Shown here piece after piece: positions 1 to 13,323 of a DNA stretch of 64,000 nucleotides. Within the stretch, counting starts at the first letter, position 1, and each line of letters opens with the position of its first letter. The notes under the pieces were generated by a model. That model did not search any database. It worked only from the letters and a program-made list of their open reading frames with translations, and was not told the origin of the DNA. This DNA comes from an uncultured Gemmatimonadales bacterium (GTDB lineage: Bacteria; Gemmatimonadota; Gemmatimonadetes; Gemmatimonadales; GWC2-71-9), in contig CAVZZO010000003.1 of the NCBI GenBank assembly GCA_963779755.1, positions 64,001-128,000 on the forward strand, in the 5' to 3' direction. Both the position numbers and the translations under genes were made by a program.

Positions 1-37
1 TGCTGGTCCCGCAGTTCAGAAAGCGAGGCGAGGACGC

Positions 38-448
38 ATGAAGCTCATCGTCGCCGTCATTCGCCCGGAAAAGCTCAACGATGTGTTGCGGACCCTGTTT
101 GCCGCCGAGGTCCGGGGAATCACCGTAACGCGGGTGGAAGGACACGGAGGGGAATACGAGGAGGTGGAGACCTACCGCGGAGCCACCGTGAAGATGGAAT
201 TGACCGACAAGGTCAGGCTGGAAATCGGTGTGTCCGAGACATTCGTGGACCGCACCGTCCGGGCGCTGCTCGACTCGGCCCGAACCGGCGCCGTGGGGGA
301 CGGCAAGATCTTCGTACTCCCCGTGCATAACGTTTACCGGATCAGGACCGGAGAGAGCGACGAGCTGGCCGTAACTCCGGAGCCGAGGCAGGGCGAGATT
401 CGTGAGGAGTCGGGCCCTGGCAGAGACATTCCGGACGCGCCCGCGTGA
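38..448 (+). CDS. P-II family nitrogen regulator
   Basis: MKLIVAVIRPEKL N-terminus, T-loop YRGA, and TGAVGDGKIFV/RIRTGE signatures. Confidence 0.93.
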   Translation: MKLIVAVIRPEKLNDVLRTLFAAEVRGITVTRVEGHGGEYEEVETYRGATVKMELTDKVRLEIGVSETFVDRTVRALLDSARTGAVGDGKIFVLPVHNVYRIRTGESDELAVTPEPRQGEIREESGPGRDIPDAPA

Positions 449-473
449 GCGTACGCCCCTTTACCTTCCTCTC

Positions 474-1358
474 ATGCCTGACGCCCCCCCCCGGTGCGGC
501 CACGTCGCTCTGGCTGGCGCTCCGAACGCCGGGAAGTCCAGCCTGCTCAATGCCCTGGTCGGACAGCATCTCGCCATTGTTAGCCCGCGGCCCCAGGCGA
601 CACGGCTGCCCGTCGTGGGGCTCCGCACCGACGCGGCGGTGCAATACATCTTCCACGACCTGCCCGGGCTCCTCGATCCGAAGTATCTGATGCAGTCGCG
701 CATGCGCTACGTCGCGCTGGAAACGCTCAAGACGGCCGACCTAGTGCTCTATCTTCATCCTGCGCCGGAATCGCCCGCGCCGGAGTTTCAGGCCGCGGCC
801 CAACTGGACCAGCCGCCGCGCGCGCCGGTGCGACTGGTCTATACCAAGGGCGACCTGGTGAGCCGGGAGCGCCGGGAGGAGCTGGCGCGGGAGGCGCCGG
901 TCATCAGCGTCCTCGAAGGATCCGGCCTCGACCCGCTGCTGGCCGGGGTGGCGGCGGCGCTGCCCCAACGGCCCTTCGAATTCGATCCGGACGACGTGGG
1001 CACCCAGCCGCTGCGATTCTTCGTGGTCGAATACCTGCGGGAGGCCGCCTTCGACCTGCTGAGCGAAGAAGTGCCCTATGCCTTCACCGCCCAGGTCGAG
1101 GAGTTCCGGGAAGACGAGGACCCGGTGTACATTCGGGTGACGCTCTACGTGGAGCGAGACACCCAGAAAGCCATCCTGATCGGCAAGGGCGGCCAGACCA
1201 TCAAGGCCATCGGCCAGCACGCCCGCAACCGGCTCGAAAACCTGCTGGGGTCCCGCGTCTATCTCGACACCTGGGTCAAAGTCCTCCCGAACTGGCGCAA
1301 GAGCGCGGCCGCGCTCAGCCGCTTCGGGTTTCCCGAGGAGCCGCTCTCGCCATCATGA
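474..1358 (+). CDS. era: GTPase Era
   Basis: [10 protein letters not shown] (G1), PQATR, DLPG, TKGD; KH domain ILIGKGG and WVKV; start taken at ATG 474. Confidence 0.93.
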   Translation: MPDAPPRCGHVALAGAPNAGKSSLLNALVGQHLAIVSPRPQATRLPVVGLRTDAAVQYIFHDLPGLLDPKYLMQSRMRYVALETLKTADLVLYLHPAPESPAPEFQAAAQLDQPPRAPVRLVYTKGDLVSRERREELAREAPVISVLEGSGLDPLLAGVAAALPQRPFEFDPDDVGTQPLRFFVVEYLREAAFDLLSEEVPYAFTAQVEEFREDEDPVYIRVTLYVERDTQKAILIGKGGQTIKAIGQHARNRLENLLGSRVYLDTWVKVLPNWRKSAAALSRFGFPEEPLSPS

Positions 1359-1522
1359 CCCTCTCTCCCGAACTGCTCGAGATCCTGGTCTGTCCCAAGT
1401 GCCACGGCGAGCTGGAATATCGCCGGGAGCCGGAATCCCTGATCTGCCACGCCTGCCGCCTGGTCTATCCGGTGGAGGACGGGATTCCCGTCATGCTGAT
1501 CGACGAGGCAAAACCGCTCTGA
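1355..1522 (+). CDS. Trm112/YcaR-family small protein (55 aa; not in ORF track)
   Basis: Hand translation [22 protein letters not shown]...[31 protein letters not shown] overlap with the era stop. Confidence 0.92.
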   Translation: MTLSPELLEILVCPKCHGELEYRREPESLICHACRLVYPVEDGIPVMLIDEAKPL

Positions 1523-2586
1523 TCCCGCCGCCGCTGCGGCCGCTCTGGCGCTCCGTCCTGCTCCTGGCGGTCCCGCTGAGCCTCGGCGTGGCCTGGACGG
1601 TCCGCCAGCCTTCGCCCCTCCTGCTGTTCGTCCTTTCCTGTGTGGCGGTGGTGCCCCTCGCCAGCTTCATGGGGGAGGCCACCGAACACCTCGCCCGGCA
1701 GAGCGGCCCGGCGTTGGGCGGGCTGCTCAATGCCACCTTCGGCAACGCCGCCGAGCTGATTATCGGCGTCCTGGCCCTCCGGGCCGGCCTGGTGGACCTG
1801 GTCAAGGCATCGGTCACCGGCAGTATTCTGGGCAATTTGCTGCTGATCCTGGGGCTGTCACTGCTGGCCGGAGGCCTCCGGCGTCCGGTCCTCCGATTCA
1901 ACCGGACGGCTGCCGGCATGACGGCCGCCATGCTGGCGCTTGCGGTGGTAGGTCTGGTCTTTCCCGCGCTGTTCCACCAGATGCACCCGGAGGCGGCCGC
2001 CAGCGAGCGCTGGCTCTCCGAGGGTGTGGCCCTCATCCTGGGACTGACCTACCTGTGCTCGCTGCTTTTTACGCTGAAGACGCACCGCCGCCTCTTCGGT
2101 GCGGAGGAGCACGCGGAGGAGGGGCCGGGCTGGAGCGCACCGCGCGCGGTGCTGATCCTGTCTGGTGCCACCGCGCTGGTGGCGCTGGAATCGGAAATCC
2201 TGGTCGCGGCGACCGAGCAGGTAACCGAGACGCTGCACCTGTCCCAGCTCTTCCTCGGCCTCATCGTGATACCCTTCATCGGCAATGCCGCCGAGCACGC
2301 GACCGCCGTCATGGTGGCGCGTAAGGGGAAGATGGACCTGGCACTGGGTATCGCACTCGGATCCAGCGCGCAGGTGGCGCTGCTCATTGCTCCGCTCCTG
2401 GTGCTGGCTGGCCTCTTGCTGGCGCAGCCCATGAACCTGGTATTCCGGCCGTTCGAGGTCCTGGCCCTGGGGCTCGCGACGGGCGTTACCGCTATTATCA
2501 CACTGGATGGGGAGTCGCACTGGTTCGAGGGGGTGCAGTTACTGGCCCTGTATGCCATGGTGGCCATCGCGAGCTACGTCATTTGA
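1519..2586 (+). CDS. Ca2+/H+ exchanger (CaCA/CAX family); start uncertain
   Basis: [30 protein letters not shown] and GSSAQVAL alpha-repeat motifs; many TM helices. Confidence 0.9.
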   Translation: MIPPPLRPLWRSVLLLAVPLSLGVAWTVRQPSPLLLFVLSCVAVVPLASFMGEATEHLARQSGPALGGLLNATFGNAAELIIGVLALRAGLVDLVKASVTGSILGNLLLILGLSLLAGGLRRPVLRFNRTAAGMTAAMLALAVVGLVFPALFHQMHPEAAASERWLSEGVALILGLTYLCSLLFTLKTHRRLFGAEEHAEEGPGWSAPRAVLILSGATALVALESEILVAATEQVTETLHLSQLFLGLIVIPFIGNAAEHATAVMVARKGKMDLALGIALGSSAQVALLIAPLLVLAGLLLAQPMNLVFRPFEVLALGLATGVTAIITLDGESHWFEGVQLLALYAMVAIASYVI

Positions 2587-2611
2587 CATCGCCTCCCGGG
2601 GCCCGTAAGTT
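2583..2611 (+). promoter_or_regulatory. sigma70-type promoter for the GGDEF gene
   Basis: TTGACA (2583-2588), 17-nt spacer, TAAGTT (2606-2611). Confidence 0.65.
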
Positions 2612-2642
2612 AGCATCGTTTAACTTCTTACGAGGATAACGG

Positions 2643-3617
2643 GTGCGGACTCGCCCGACCATTCTGTACTATTCGCCCGATTCCCGTCCCCTCCCCGGGC
2701 TGGTCCGGCAGTGGGCGGAGACGAAGTCGTTCCCCCTGATGGTGGTGGACTCGGCCGCCGAGGTCGAGTCCATCGTGCTGCGGGGGTTTCCCGCTATTCT
2801 GTTCGTGGATGCCGATGGCGAGCGGGGGGAAACCGGCAAGGAGCTGGTTCGCCGGCTCAAGGGCGACGCCTTCACCGCCATCATCCCGGTCGCAGTCCTG
2901 GCGGGGACGCACGACTCCGAATGCGTGCAGAGCTGGTTTGCCGCCGGGGGCGATGAAGTCATCACCGGCATCTTCTCGCCGGCCGAACAGCGCGCCCGGC
3001 TGGAAGCCATGCTGGTGCGCACCGAGCGCGACGTCTCGGTGCACCCGTCCACCCGTCTGCCGGGGACCACCGAAATCGAGCGGGAAATCCGCCGCCGGCT
3101 GGAATCGGGTACCGCGTTTGCCGTCTGCTACGCCGACCTCGATCACTTCAAGGAGTTCAACGACCGCTACAGCTACTACGACGGCGACCGGGTGATCTAC
3201 CTGGTATCCCGTCTGCTGCACGACGTCGTCAAGGGGATGGTGGGCGAGCGGGGGTTCGTGGGGCATATCGGCGGCGATGATTTCATTTTTATCATTCCGT
3301 CCAGCGAGATCAGCCCCGTCTGCACCGAGGTGCTGGAGGTGTTCGATATTCTCCTGCCGCTGCAGTACAGCGATCAGGACCGCCGGGCGGGGTACTTCTT
3401 CGGCAAGGACCGGCGGGGGCAGCTCCACCGTGTCCCGCTCATGACCTTGTCCATCGGCATCGTGACCAACCGTAATCGTCGCTTCACGCACCCCGCGCAG
3501 GTGAGTGAACTGGCGACCGAAATGAAAAGCTACGCCAAGACGCTGCCCGGCTCGGTCTTCGTGGTCGATCGCCGCAGCGGCGAGAACCAGGGCCCCGATG
3601 CCGGGGACCAGCGCTGA
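2643..3617 (+). CDS. Diguanylate cyclase-like protein with degenerate receiver domain
   Basis: DLDHFKEFNDRYSYYDGD, HIGGDDF, LSIGIV; N-terminal REC-like region ILFVDAD...IIPVAVL. Confidence 0.85.
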   Translation: MRTRPTILYYSPDSRPLPGLVRQWAETKSFPLMVVDSAAEVESIVLRGFPAILFVDADGERGETGKELVRRLKGDAFTAIIPVAVLAGTHDSECVQSWFAAGGDEVITGIFSPAEQRARLEAMLVRTERDVSVHPSTRLPGTTEIEREIRRRLESGTAFAVCYADLDHFKEFNDRYSYYDGDRVIYLVSRLLHDVVKGMVGERGFVGHIGGDDFIFIIPSSEISPVCTEVLEVFDILLPLQYSDQDRRAGYFFGKDRRGQLHRVPLMTLSIGIVTNRNRRFTHPAQVSELATEMKSYAKTLPGSVFVVDRRSGENQGPDAGDQR

Positions 3618-3628
3618 GGAATCACGGC

Positions 3629-4399
3629 ATGAACGTCACCTGTCCCAGCTGCAGTACCGTCTACCGGGTGGATCCCGCCAAGGTGCCGGCCGAAGGCGTT
3701 CGCGCCCGCTGCCGCATCTGCGCCGTGATCTTCCCGGTGAATCGCGAGGCCGGAGCGGCTCACCACCAGCCGCCTGCGCCCTCCCGGGCCGGCGCGGAGC
3801 CCGCAGTCGCGCCGGCGCCCCCTGCAGCGCCACCGGTGACGGCTCCTGCACCGCCGTCGATGCCGACGCCCCCCGCCGCCCCGCCCCCGGAAGCCGTCGC
3901 CGCCCCCGCTCCGGCCGTGCCCGGGACACCCCACCCGGAAGAGCCCCGACATACCGAGCCCTGGGGCGTCAGCCGCCCGCCGCGTAGCCCGGGGCCGGTG
4001 CCCGCGGTGATGCCACCCGCCTCGCCCGCACGGCCCGCCCCGGCCGCGCCCCGTGGTTCCTCTTCCGGCACCGCTCCGGCTTCGCCCGCGGTGGCGCCTC
4101 GAACTCCGTCCGGTTCCGCCGCGCCGGCCCGGCGCATGGTCAATCCGTTCCTCTCGCAGAACCCCGAAGCCAAGGCCCGCCGCCTGGCCCGGGCGCTGAT
4201 TTCCGATCTGGTGGTGTACAACCCGGAGCGGCGGCAACAGGCGCTGCAGAGCGGGACGCTCAAGGAGGTCTTCGACGAGGAGATCCGCAAGAGCTGGGAG
4301 GAATACACCGAGCAGGTCGGCCGGCAGACGGCAGAGTCCACCCCCTTCTTCACCGAGGCGCTGAACGAGATTCTGGCGGGGGGGAAGAAGGTCTTCTGA
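3629..4399 (+). CDS. MJ0042-type zinc-ribbon protein with Pro/Ala linker and helical C-terminal domain
   Basis: CPSC...VRARCRIC N-terminus, about 130 aa Pro/Ala linker, C-terminal ARRLARALISDL...EEIRKSWEEY. Confidence 0.8.
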   Translation: MNVTCPSCSTVYRVDPAKVPAEGVRARCRICAVIFPVNREAGAAHHQPPAPSRAGAEPAVAPAPPAAPPVTAPAPPSMPTPPAAPPPEAVAAPAPAVPGTPHPEEPRHTEPWGVSRPPRSPGPVPAVMPPASPARPAPAAPRGSSSGTAPASPAVAPRTPSGSAAPARRMVNPFLSQNPEAKARRLARALISDLVVYNPERRQQALQSGTLKEVFDEEIRKSWEEYTEQVGRQTAESTPFFTEALNEILAGGKKVF

Positions 4400-4403
4400 A
4401 CCG

Positions 4404-4486
4404 CGGGAACGGGGAATCGGGAAAGGGGAATGGGATCGGGAGTTGAGACTCGCTTTCCCATTCCCCTTTCCCGTTTCCCGTTTTCT
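4404..4486. repeat. 7-mer tandem-repeat hairpin (probable terminator)
   Basis: GGGAANN units followed by complementary TTCCC units; CGGGAAAGGGGAATGGGA (4418-4435) pairs perfectly with TCCCATTCCCCTTTCCCG (4456-4473). Confidence 0.8.
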
Positions 4487-4540
4487 CTCCGGTCCGGCCT
4501 ATTATCTTTGTTGCGAATCAACGACTTACGGAGCACACCC

Positions 4541-5638
4541 ATGTCCGCCCTGACCGACCGCTTCGACGAGCTGCACCGGCGTCTCACCGAGCTGCGAGAC
4601 TTTCTTTGACCTGGACCGCAAGAAATCCCGCCAGGCCGAGCTGGAGGCCCGCCAGGCCGACCCCGGCTTCTGGACCAACCAGGAGCGGGCGCGGGAGGTG
4701 GTGCGTGAGTTCAAGGAGCTGAAGAGCACCATTGAGCCGTGGGAGGAGCTACGCGACCGGCTCGAGGGCGCCCAGGGCATGGCAGAACTGCTGGAAGCCG
4801 AGCCCGACGAGGCCATGCAGGCGGAGCTGGAACAGGAAGCCGAGGCCTGCGTTACGGCGCTGGACGACCTCGAGCTGCGCGCCATGCTCCAGGGCGCCGA
4901 CGACGCCCGGGACGCCATTCTCACCATTCATCCGGGCGCAGGCGGGACGGAATCCCAGGACTGGGCTGAGATGCTCATGCGGATGTACGTCCGCTGGGCG
5001 GAGCGCCACGACTACGACGTCACCATCCTCGACATGCTCCCCGGCGAGGAGGCGGGCATCAAGTCGGCCACCATCGAGATCAAGGGCCAGTATGCCTTCG
5101 GGTACCTGCGGGCGGAAAAGGGCGTGCACCGGCTGGTCCGGATCAGCCCTTTCGACGCGCAGGCGCGGCGGCATACCTCGTTCGCCTCGGTCTTCGTCTA
5201 TCCCGATATCGACGACACCATCGAGATCGACCTCCGGGAGGAAGACATCAGAATGGACGTCTTCCGCGCTTCCGGGGCCGGCGGGCAGCACGTCAACAAG
5301 ACGTCCTCGGCGGTACGCCTGACCCACGTTCCCACCGGCCTCGTGGTCTCCTGCCAGCAGGAACGCAGCCAGGTGAAGAACCGCCAGGTGGCCATGAAGA
5401 TGCTGCGCGCCGCGCTGTATCAGCGGAAGCTGGAGGAGCAGGAAGCGGCCAAGGCCGTGCTGGAGGCCACCAAGACCGACAACTCCTGGGGCAACCAGAT
5501 CCGCTCCTACGTCTTTCAGCCCTACACCATGGTGAACGACCACCGGACCGAGCTCAAGGTGGGCGACGTCCAGCGGGTCATGGACGGCGATCTCGACCCC
5601 TTCATCCACAGCTTCCTCAAGCGCTCGGGGAGCGCGGC

Positions 5639-5642
<4 letters not shown>
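4541..5642 (+). CDS. prfB: Peptide chain release factor 2, programmed +1 frameshift at CTT TGA C (4604-4610)
   Basis: ORF1 MSALTDRFDELHRRLTELRDFL-stop; the +1 frame continues DLDRKK...PGFW; SPF and GGQ motifs downstream. Confidence 0.96.
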
Positions 5643-7197
<1,555 letters not shown>

Positions 7198-7198
<1 letters not shown>

Positions 7199-8487
7199 TG
7201 GCGCGCTGGTGGACCGGGCTGCGCCAGCTGTTGCGCTGGCCCAGCCGGCTGGAACGGCAGATCGCGGGCCGCTACCTGCGCAGCCGCAAGACCAGCCGTA
7301 CGCTTTCCCTCAATACCTTCATCTCCCTGGGCGGGGTGACCATCGGGGTCACCGCGCTGATCGTGGTGCTGGGCGTGATGAACGGCCTGCGGGACGACCT
7401 GCGGCAGCGCATCCTGGTGGCCAGCCCGCATCTGCGGATCCTCACCTACGGCAGCGGGCTGGAGCTGGACGACTGGCAGCAGGTCCAGCACGTGGTGCAG
7501 CAGGATCCCGGTGTCGTCGCGTCGGCGCCCGAGGTGATCACCGAATCGGTGATCAGCGCCGGGCACCAGTACGCCGAGGGTGTGCAGATCCTCGGATTCG
7601 ATCCCGGCGTGTCCGATTCGGTCACCTCGCTGCCCGGCGCCATTACCAGGGGCGACCTCAAGTTTACGCCCCGGCGGACCGACGTCGACGGCGCCATCGT
7701 GCTGGGCTACCGGCTGGCGAGCCGGCTCACCGTGGGCATGGGCGACGTGGTGTACCTCGTCCCCACGGCGGGCATGCAGGTCAATCCGGCACTCGGGGTG
7801 GCGGTGCCCAAGTACTGGCGCTTCGAAGTGACCGGCCTCTTCAATACGGGGATGTACCAGTACGACAACAAGCTGGTGGTCATCTCCCTCGCCGCCGCCC
7901 AGCGCTTCACCGGCCTGGGCAACGCCGTGAGTGCCCTGGCCATCCGGGTCCGCGATCCCTGGAAGGCGCCCGAGATCGGGCGCCGGCTGGAGGAGCGGCT
8001 GGGCTATCCCTACCGGGCCTTCGACTGGCAGACCCAGAACTCCACCCTCTTCGGCGCGCTCAAGCTGGAGAAGCTGGCCATGGGCCTGATCATCTTCTTC
8101 ATCATGATCGTGGCGGCATTCAATATCGTGGGCACGCTCACCATGGTGGTCAACGACAAGACCCGGGAAATCGGCATCCTGCAGGCCATGGGCCTCACCC
8201 CGCCGGCCATCGGCAGGATCTTCCTGGCCCAGGGCGCCGTCATCGGGCTGGTGGGTGTGGTGGTTGGCCTGGTCCTGGGCCTGGGCATCAGCGTCGCGGT
8301 GGACCGGGGCAACTGGATCAGGATCGATCCGGCCGTGTATTTTATTGATCACCTGCCGATTCACGTCGAGGTCTCCGATGTCCTCGTCGTGGCCGTCGCC
8401 GGCGTGCTGCTGGCCCTGCTGGCGACGCTCTATCCCTCCCGGTCCGCCGCCTCGCTGTCGCCGGTGGACGCGATCCGCCACGAATGA
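7198..8487 (+). CDS. lolC: Lipoprotein-releasing ABC transporter permease LolC/E
   Basis: IGVTALIVVLGVMNG, DWQTQNSTLFGALKLEK, KTREIGILQAMG; adjacent to lolD. Confidence 0.88.
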
Positions 8488-9188
8488 GCGCGGTCCTGGA
8501 GGCGCGGAGCCTGCGCAAGGTGTACCAGGGAGGGGACGGCACCGATATCGAGGTGCTGAACGACCTCTCCCTCACGGTGGCGCGCGGGGAGTTCGTGGCC
8601 ATCATGGGTGAGAGCGGGGCGGGGAAGAGCACCCTGCTGCACCTGCTGGGTGCACTCGACCTGCCCAGTGGCGGCGAGGTGCTCCTCGAGGGGCATAGCT
8701 TCGCCGGCCACAGCCTGGCGGAACTGGCGCCCCTCAGGAACCGGAAACTGGGGTTCGTGTTCCAGTTTCACCATCTCCTGCGGGAGTTCACCGCGCTGGA
8801 GAACGCCATGCTCCCGTTGCTGATCGCGGGCGCCGACGAGGCCCGCGCCCGCGCCCGCGCCCGGGAGCTGCTGGAAAGCCTGGGGCTCGCGGCACGGCTC
8901 AGCCACCGGCCGGCGCAGTTGTCCGGCGGGGAGCAGCAACGGGTGGCGGTGGCGCGGGCGCTGGTGAACGAGCCGGCCGTGATCCTGGCCGACGAACCGT
9001 CGGGCAACCTGGACCGGCACAACAGCGACCGCCTGCACCAGCTGTTTGCCGGCCTCTCGCGCCAGTTCGAGACGGCGCTGGTGGTGGTGACCCACAACCC
9101 TTCGCTGGCGGGACAGGCGGATCGGGTGCTGATGCTGGAAGGCGGCCTGCTGGTGCCGGGCCCCGGGATGGAGTCGGTATCGAAATGA
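8484..9188 (+). CDS. lolD: Lipoprotein-releasing ABC transporter ATPase
   Basis: GESGAGKST, GFVFQFHHLL (LolD motif), LSGGEQQR, ADEPSGNLD. Confidence 0.92.
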   Translation: MSAVLEARSLRKVYQGGDGTDIEVLNDLSLTVARGEFVAIMGESGAGKSTLLHLLGALDLPSGGEVLLEGHSFAGHSLAELAPLRNRKLGFVFQFHHLLREFTALENAMLPLLIAGADEARARARARELLESLGLAARLSHRPAQLSGGEQQRVAVARALVNEPAVILADEPSGNLDRHNSDRLHQLFAGLSRQFETALVVVTHNPSLAGQADRVLMLEGGLLVPGPGMESVSK

Positions 9189-9691
9189 AGTGTACCCAAT
9201 GCGGTGAACGGGAAGCCATTGTCCACCTGACCCAGATGGCCGAGGATCAGGTGACCACACTCCATCTCTGTGAGCGCTGTGCCGCCGAGAAGGGGGTCGA
9301 GAGCGGGGGGATGTTGTCCAAGAACCCGCTGGGCACGTTTCTGGCTGCGATGGGCGAGGGAATGAAGGACACCGTCCCTGTGGGGGACATCGCCCGGCCA
9401 TTCGTCTGTCCCAGATGCGGGGCCTCGCTCCAGGACTTCCGCGAGAGCGGCCGGCTGGGCTGCCCCGAGTGCTACCGGGCCCTGGGCGAGCCGCTGCGGG
9501 AATTGCTGCGGCGGCTGCACGGCTCCGCCCGGCACGTCGGGCGCTGGTACGCCGCGCCGGGCGCCAGCCCCGGCACCGGCGAGGAACGCGCCCGGGTGGC
9601 CGATCTGCGCGAGCAGCTGCGCCTGGCCGTGGAGACCGAGAACTTCGAACGGGCCGCCGAACTGCGCGACCTGCTGCGGACCGAGGAATGA
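9185..9691 (+). CDS. mcsA: Protein-arginine kinase activator McsA
   Basis: Multiple CxxC motifs, GRLGCPECY, LHGSARHVG, C-terminal UVR motif ENFERAAELRD. Confidence 0.9.
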   Translation: MKCTQCGEREAIVHLTQMAEDQVTTLHLCERCAAEKGVESGGMLSKNPLGTFLAAMGEGMKDTVPVGDIARPFVCPRCGASLQDFRESGRLGCPECYRALGEPLRELLRRLHGSARHVGRWYAAPGASPGTGEERARVADLREQLRLAVETENFERAAELRDLLRTEE

Positions 9692-10770
9692 TCGATTTCA
9701 GCCTGCTCACCGATGGAGGCATGCCCTGGCTCGATGCCAGCGGGCCGGAGAGCCACCTGGTCCTCTCCACCCGGGTGCGCCTGGCCCGCAACCTGAGCAC
9801 CCATGCCTTTACCATGCGGAACAGCCCGCACGACCGCGAGGAGATCCTCGCCGCGGTGGAGGCTGCCGCCCGGGCCACCCCCGGTCTGGGGCACGCGGTC
9901 CGCTTCCGGCTGGACCAGCTGGAGACGGCCGACCGGCAGCTGCTGCACGAGCGGCACCTGGTGAGCAAGGAGCTGGCCGGCCTGGAGGGTGAAACGGGCG
10001 TGCGCTCCGGCGCATCTCTGCTGGTACAGGACCGGCTCGGGGTCATGCTCAACGAGGAGGACCACCTCCGGCTGCAGGGCATGCGGTCCGGCCTGGCGCT
10101 GGAGGCCGCGTATGCCGATGTCGAGCGGCTGGACACCGAACTGGGACAACGAGTTCCCTTCGCATTTCACTCTGAGTTCGGTTATCTTACGGCGTGCCCG
10201 ACCAACGTCGGCACGGGGTTGCGCGCATCGGTCCTGATCCACCTGCCCGGGCTGGTCCTCACCAAAGAAATCTCCCGGGTCTTGCAGAGTCTGAGCCAGG
10301 TGGGCCTGACGTTCCGCGGCCTGTATGGCGAGGGGAGCGAGGTGGTCGGCAACTTCTTCCAGCTCTCCAACCAGACGACGCTGGGCAAATCCGAACGCGA
10401 CCTGCTGGACCATCTGGGCAAGATCGTCCGGCAGGTGATCGAATACGAAGAGCAGGCGCGCCAGGTGCTGTTGCGCGACGCGCCGGCCATCATCGAGGAC
10501 AAGGTCTGGCGGGCCTACGGGCTGCTGCGCTACGCCCGGATGCTGTCCTTCGATGAAACCATGAACCTGTTAAGCGGCGTACGGCTGGGAGTCGGGCTCG
10601 GTCTGGTGACCGGTGTCGGGTTGTACACGCTGAACAAACTGCTGATCCACTGCCAGCCGGCGCACCTGGCGGTGATGGAAGGCGTGACCGCGGGCGATCC
10701 TTCGCTGGCCGTCCGGCGTGCGCGCTTTGTACGTTCACTTCTGGAGGAGGAAGCGGGGCGGCCTCGCTAG
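9688..10770 (+). CDS. mcsB: Protein-arginine kinase McsB
   Basis: STRVRLARN, NEEDHLRLQ, LTACPTNVGTGLRAS, FQLSNQTTLG. Confidence 0.93.
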   Translation: MIDFSLLTDGGMPWLDASGPESHLVLSTRVRLARNLSTHAFTMRNSPHDREEILAAVEAAARATPGLGHAVRFRLDQLETADRQLLHERHLVSKELAGLEGETGVRSGASLLVQDRLGVMLNEEDHLRLQGMRSGLALEAAYADVERLDTELGQRVPFAFHSEFGYLTACPTNVGTGLRASVLIHLPGLVLTKEISRVLQSLSQVGLTFRGLYGEGSEVVGNFFQLSNQTTLGKSERDLLDHLGKIVRQVIEYEEQARQVLLRDAPAIIEDKVWRAYGLLRYARMLSFDETMNLLSGVRLGVGLGLVTGVGLYTLNKLLIHCQPAHLAVMEGVTAGDPSLAVRRARFVRSLLEEEAGRPR

Positions 10771-10795
10771 CCCGGTTTCCGCGCTGGTTTGCACA

Positions 10796-13264
<2,469 letters not shown>

Positions 13265-13273
13265 CCACCTTCC

Positions 13274-13306
13274 GCCGCCGGTTCCGCCCGGGACCGGCGG
13301 CTTTCT
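13274..13306 (+). terminator. Probable intrinsic terminator after clpC
   Basis: Stem GCCGCCGGTTCC/GGGACCGGCGGC followed by TTTCT. Confidence 0.6.
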
Positions 13307-13323
13307 CCCCGGCTCCCACGTTC

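Noticed and set aside
3760..4135. Low-complexity GC repeats
   Set aside because: They simply encode the Pro/Ala linker of the zinc-ribbon protein
4404..4486. CRISPR array or MITE interpretation of the short repeats
   Set aside because: Units are 7-9 nt with no spacers, no cas genes and no shared terminal sequence or target duplication
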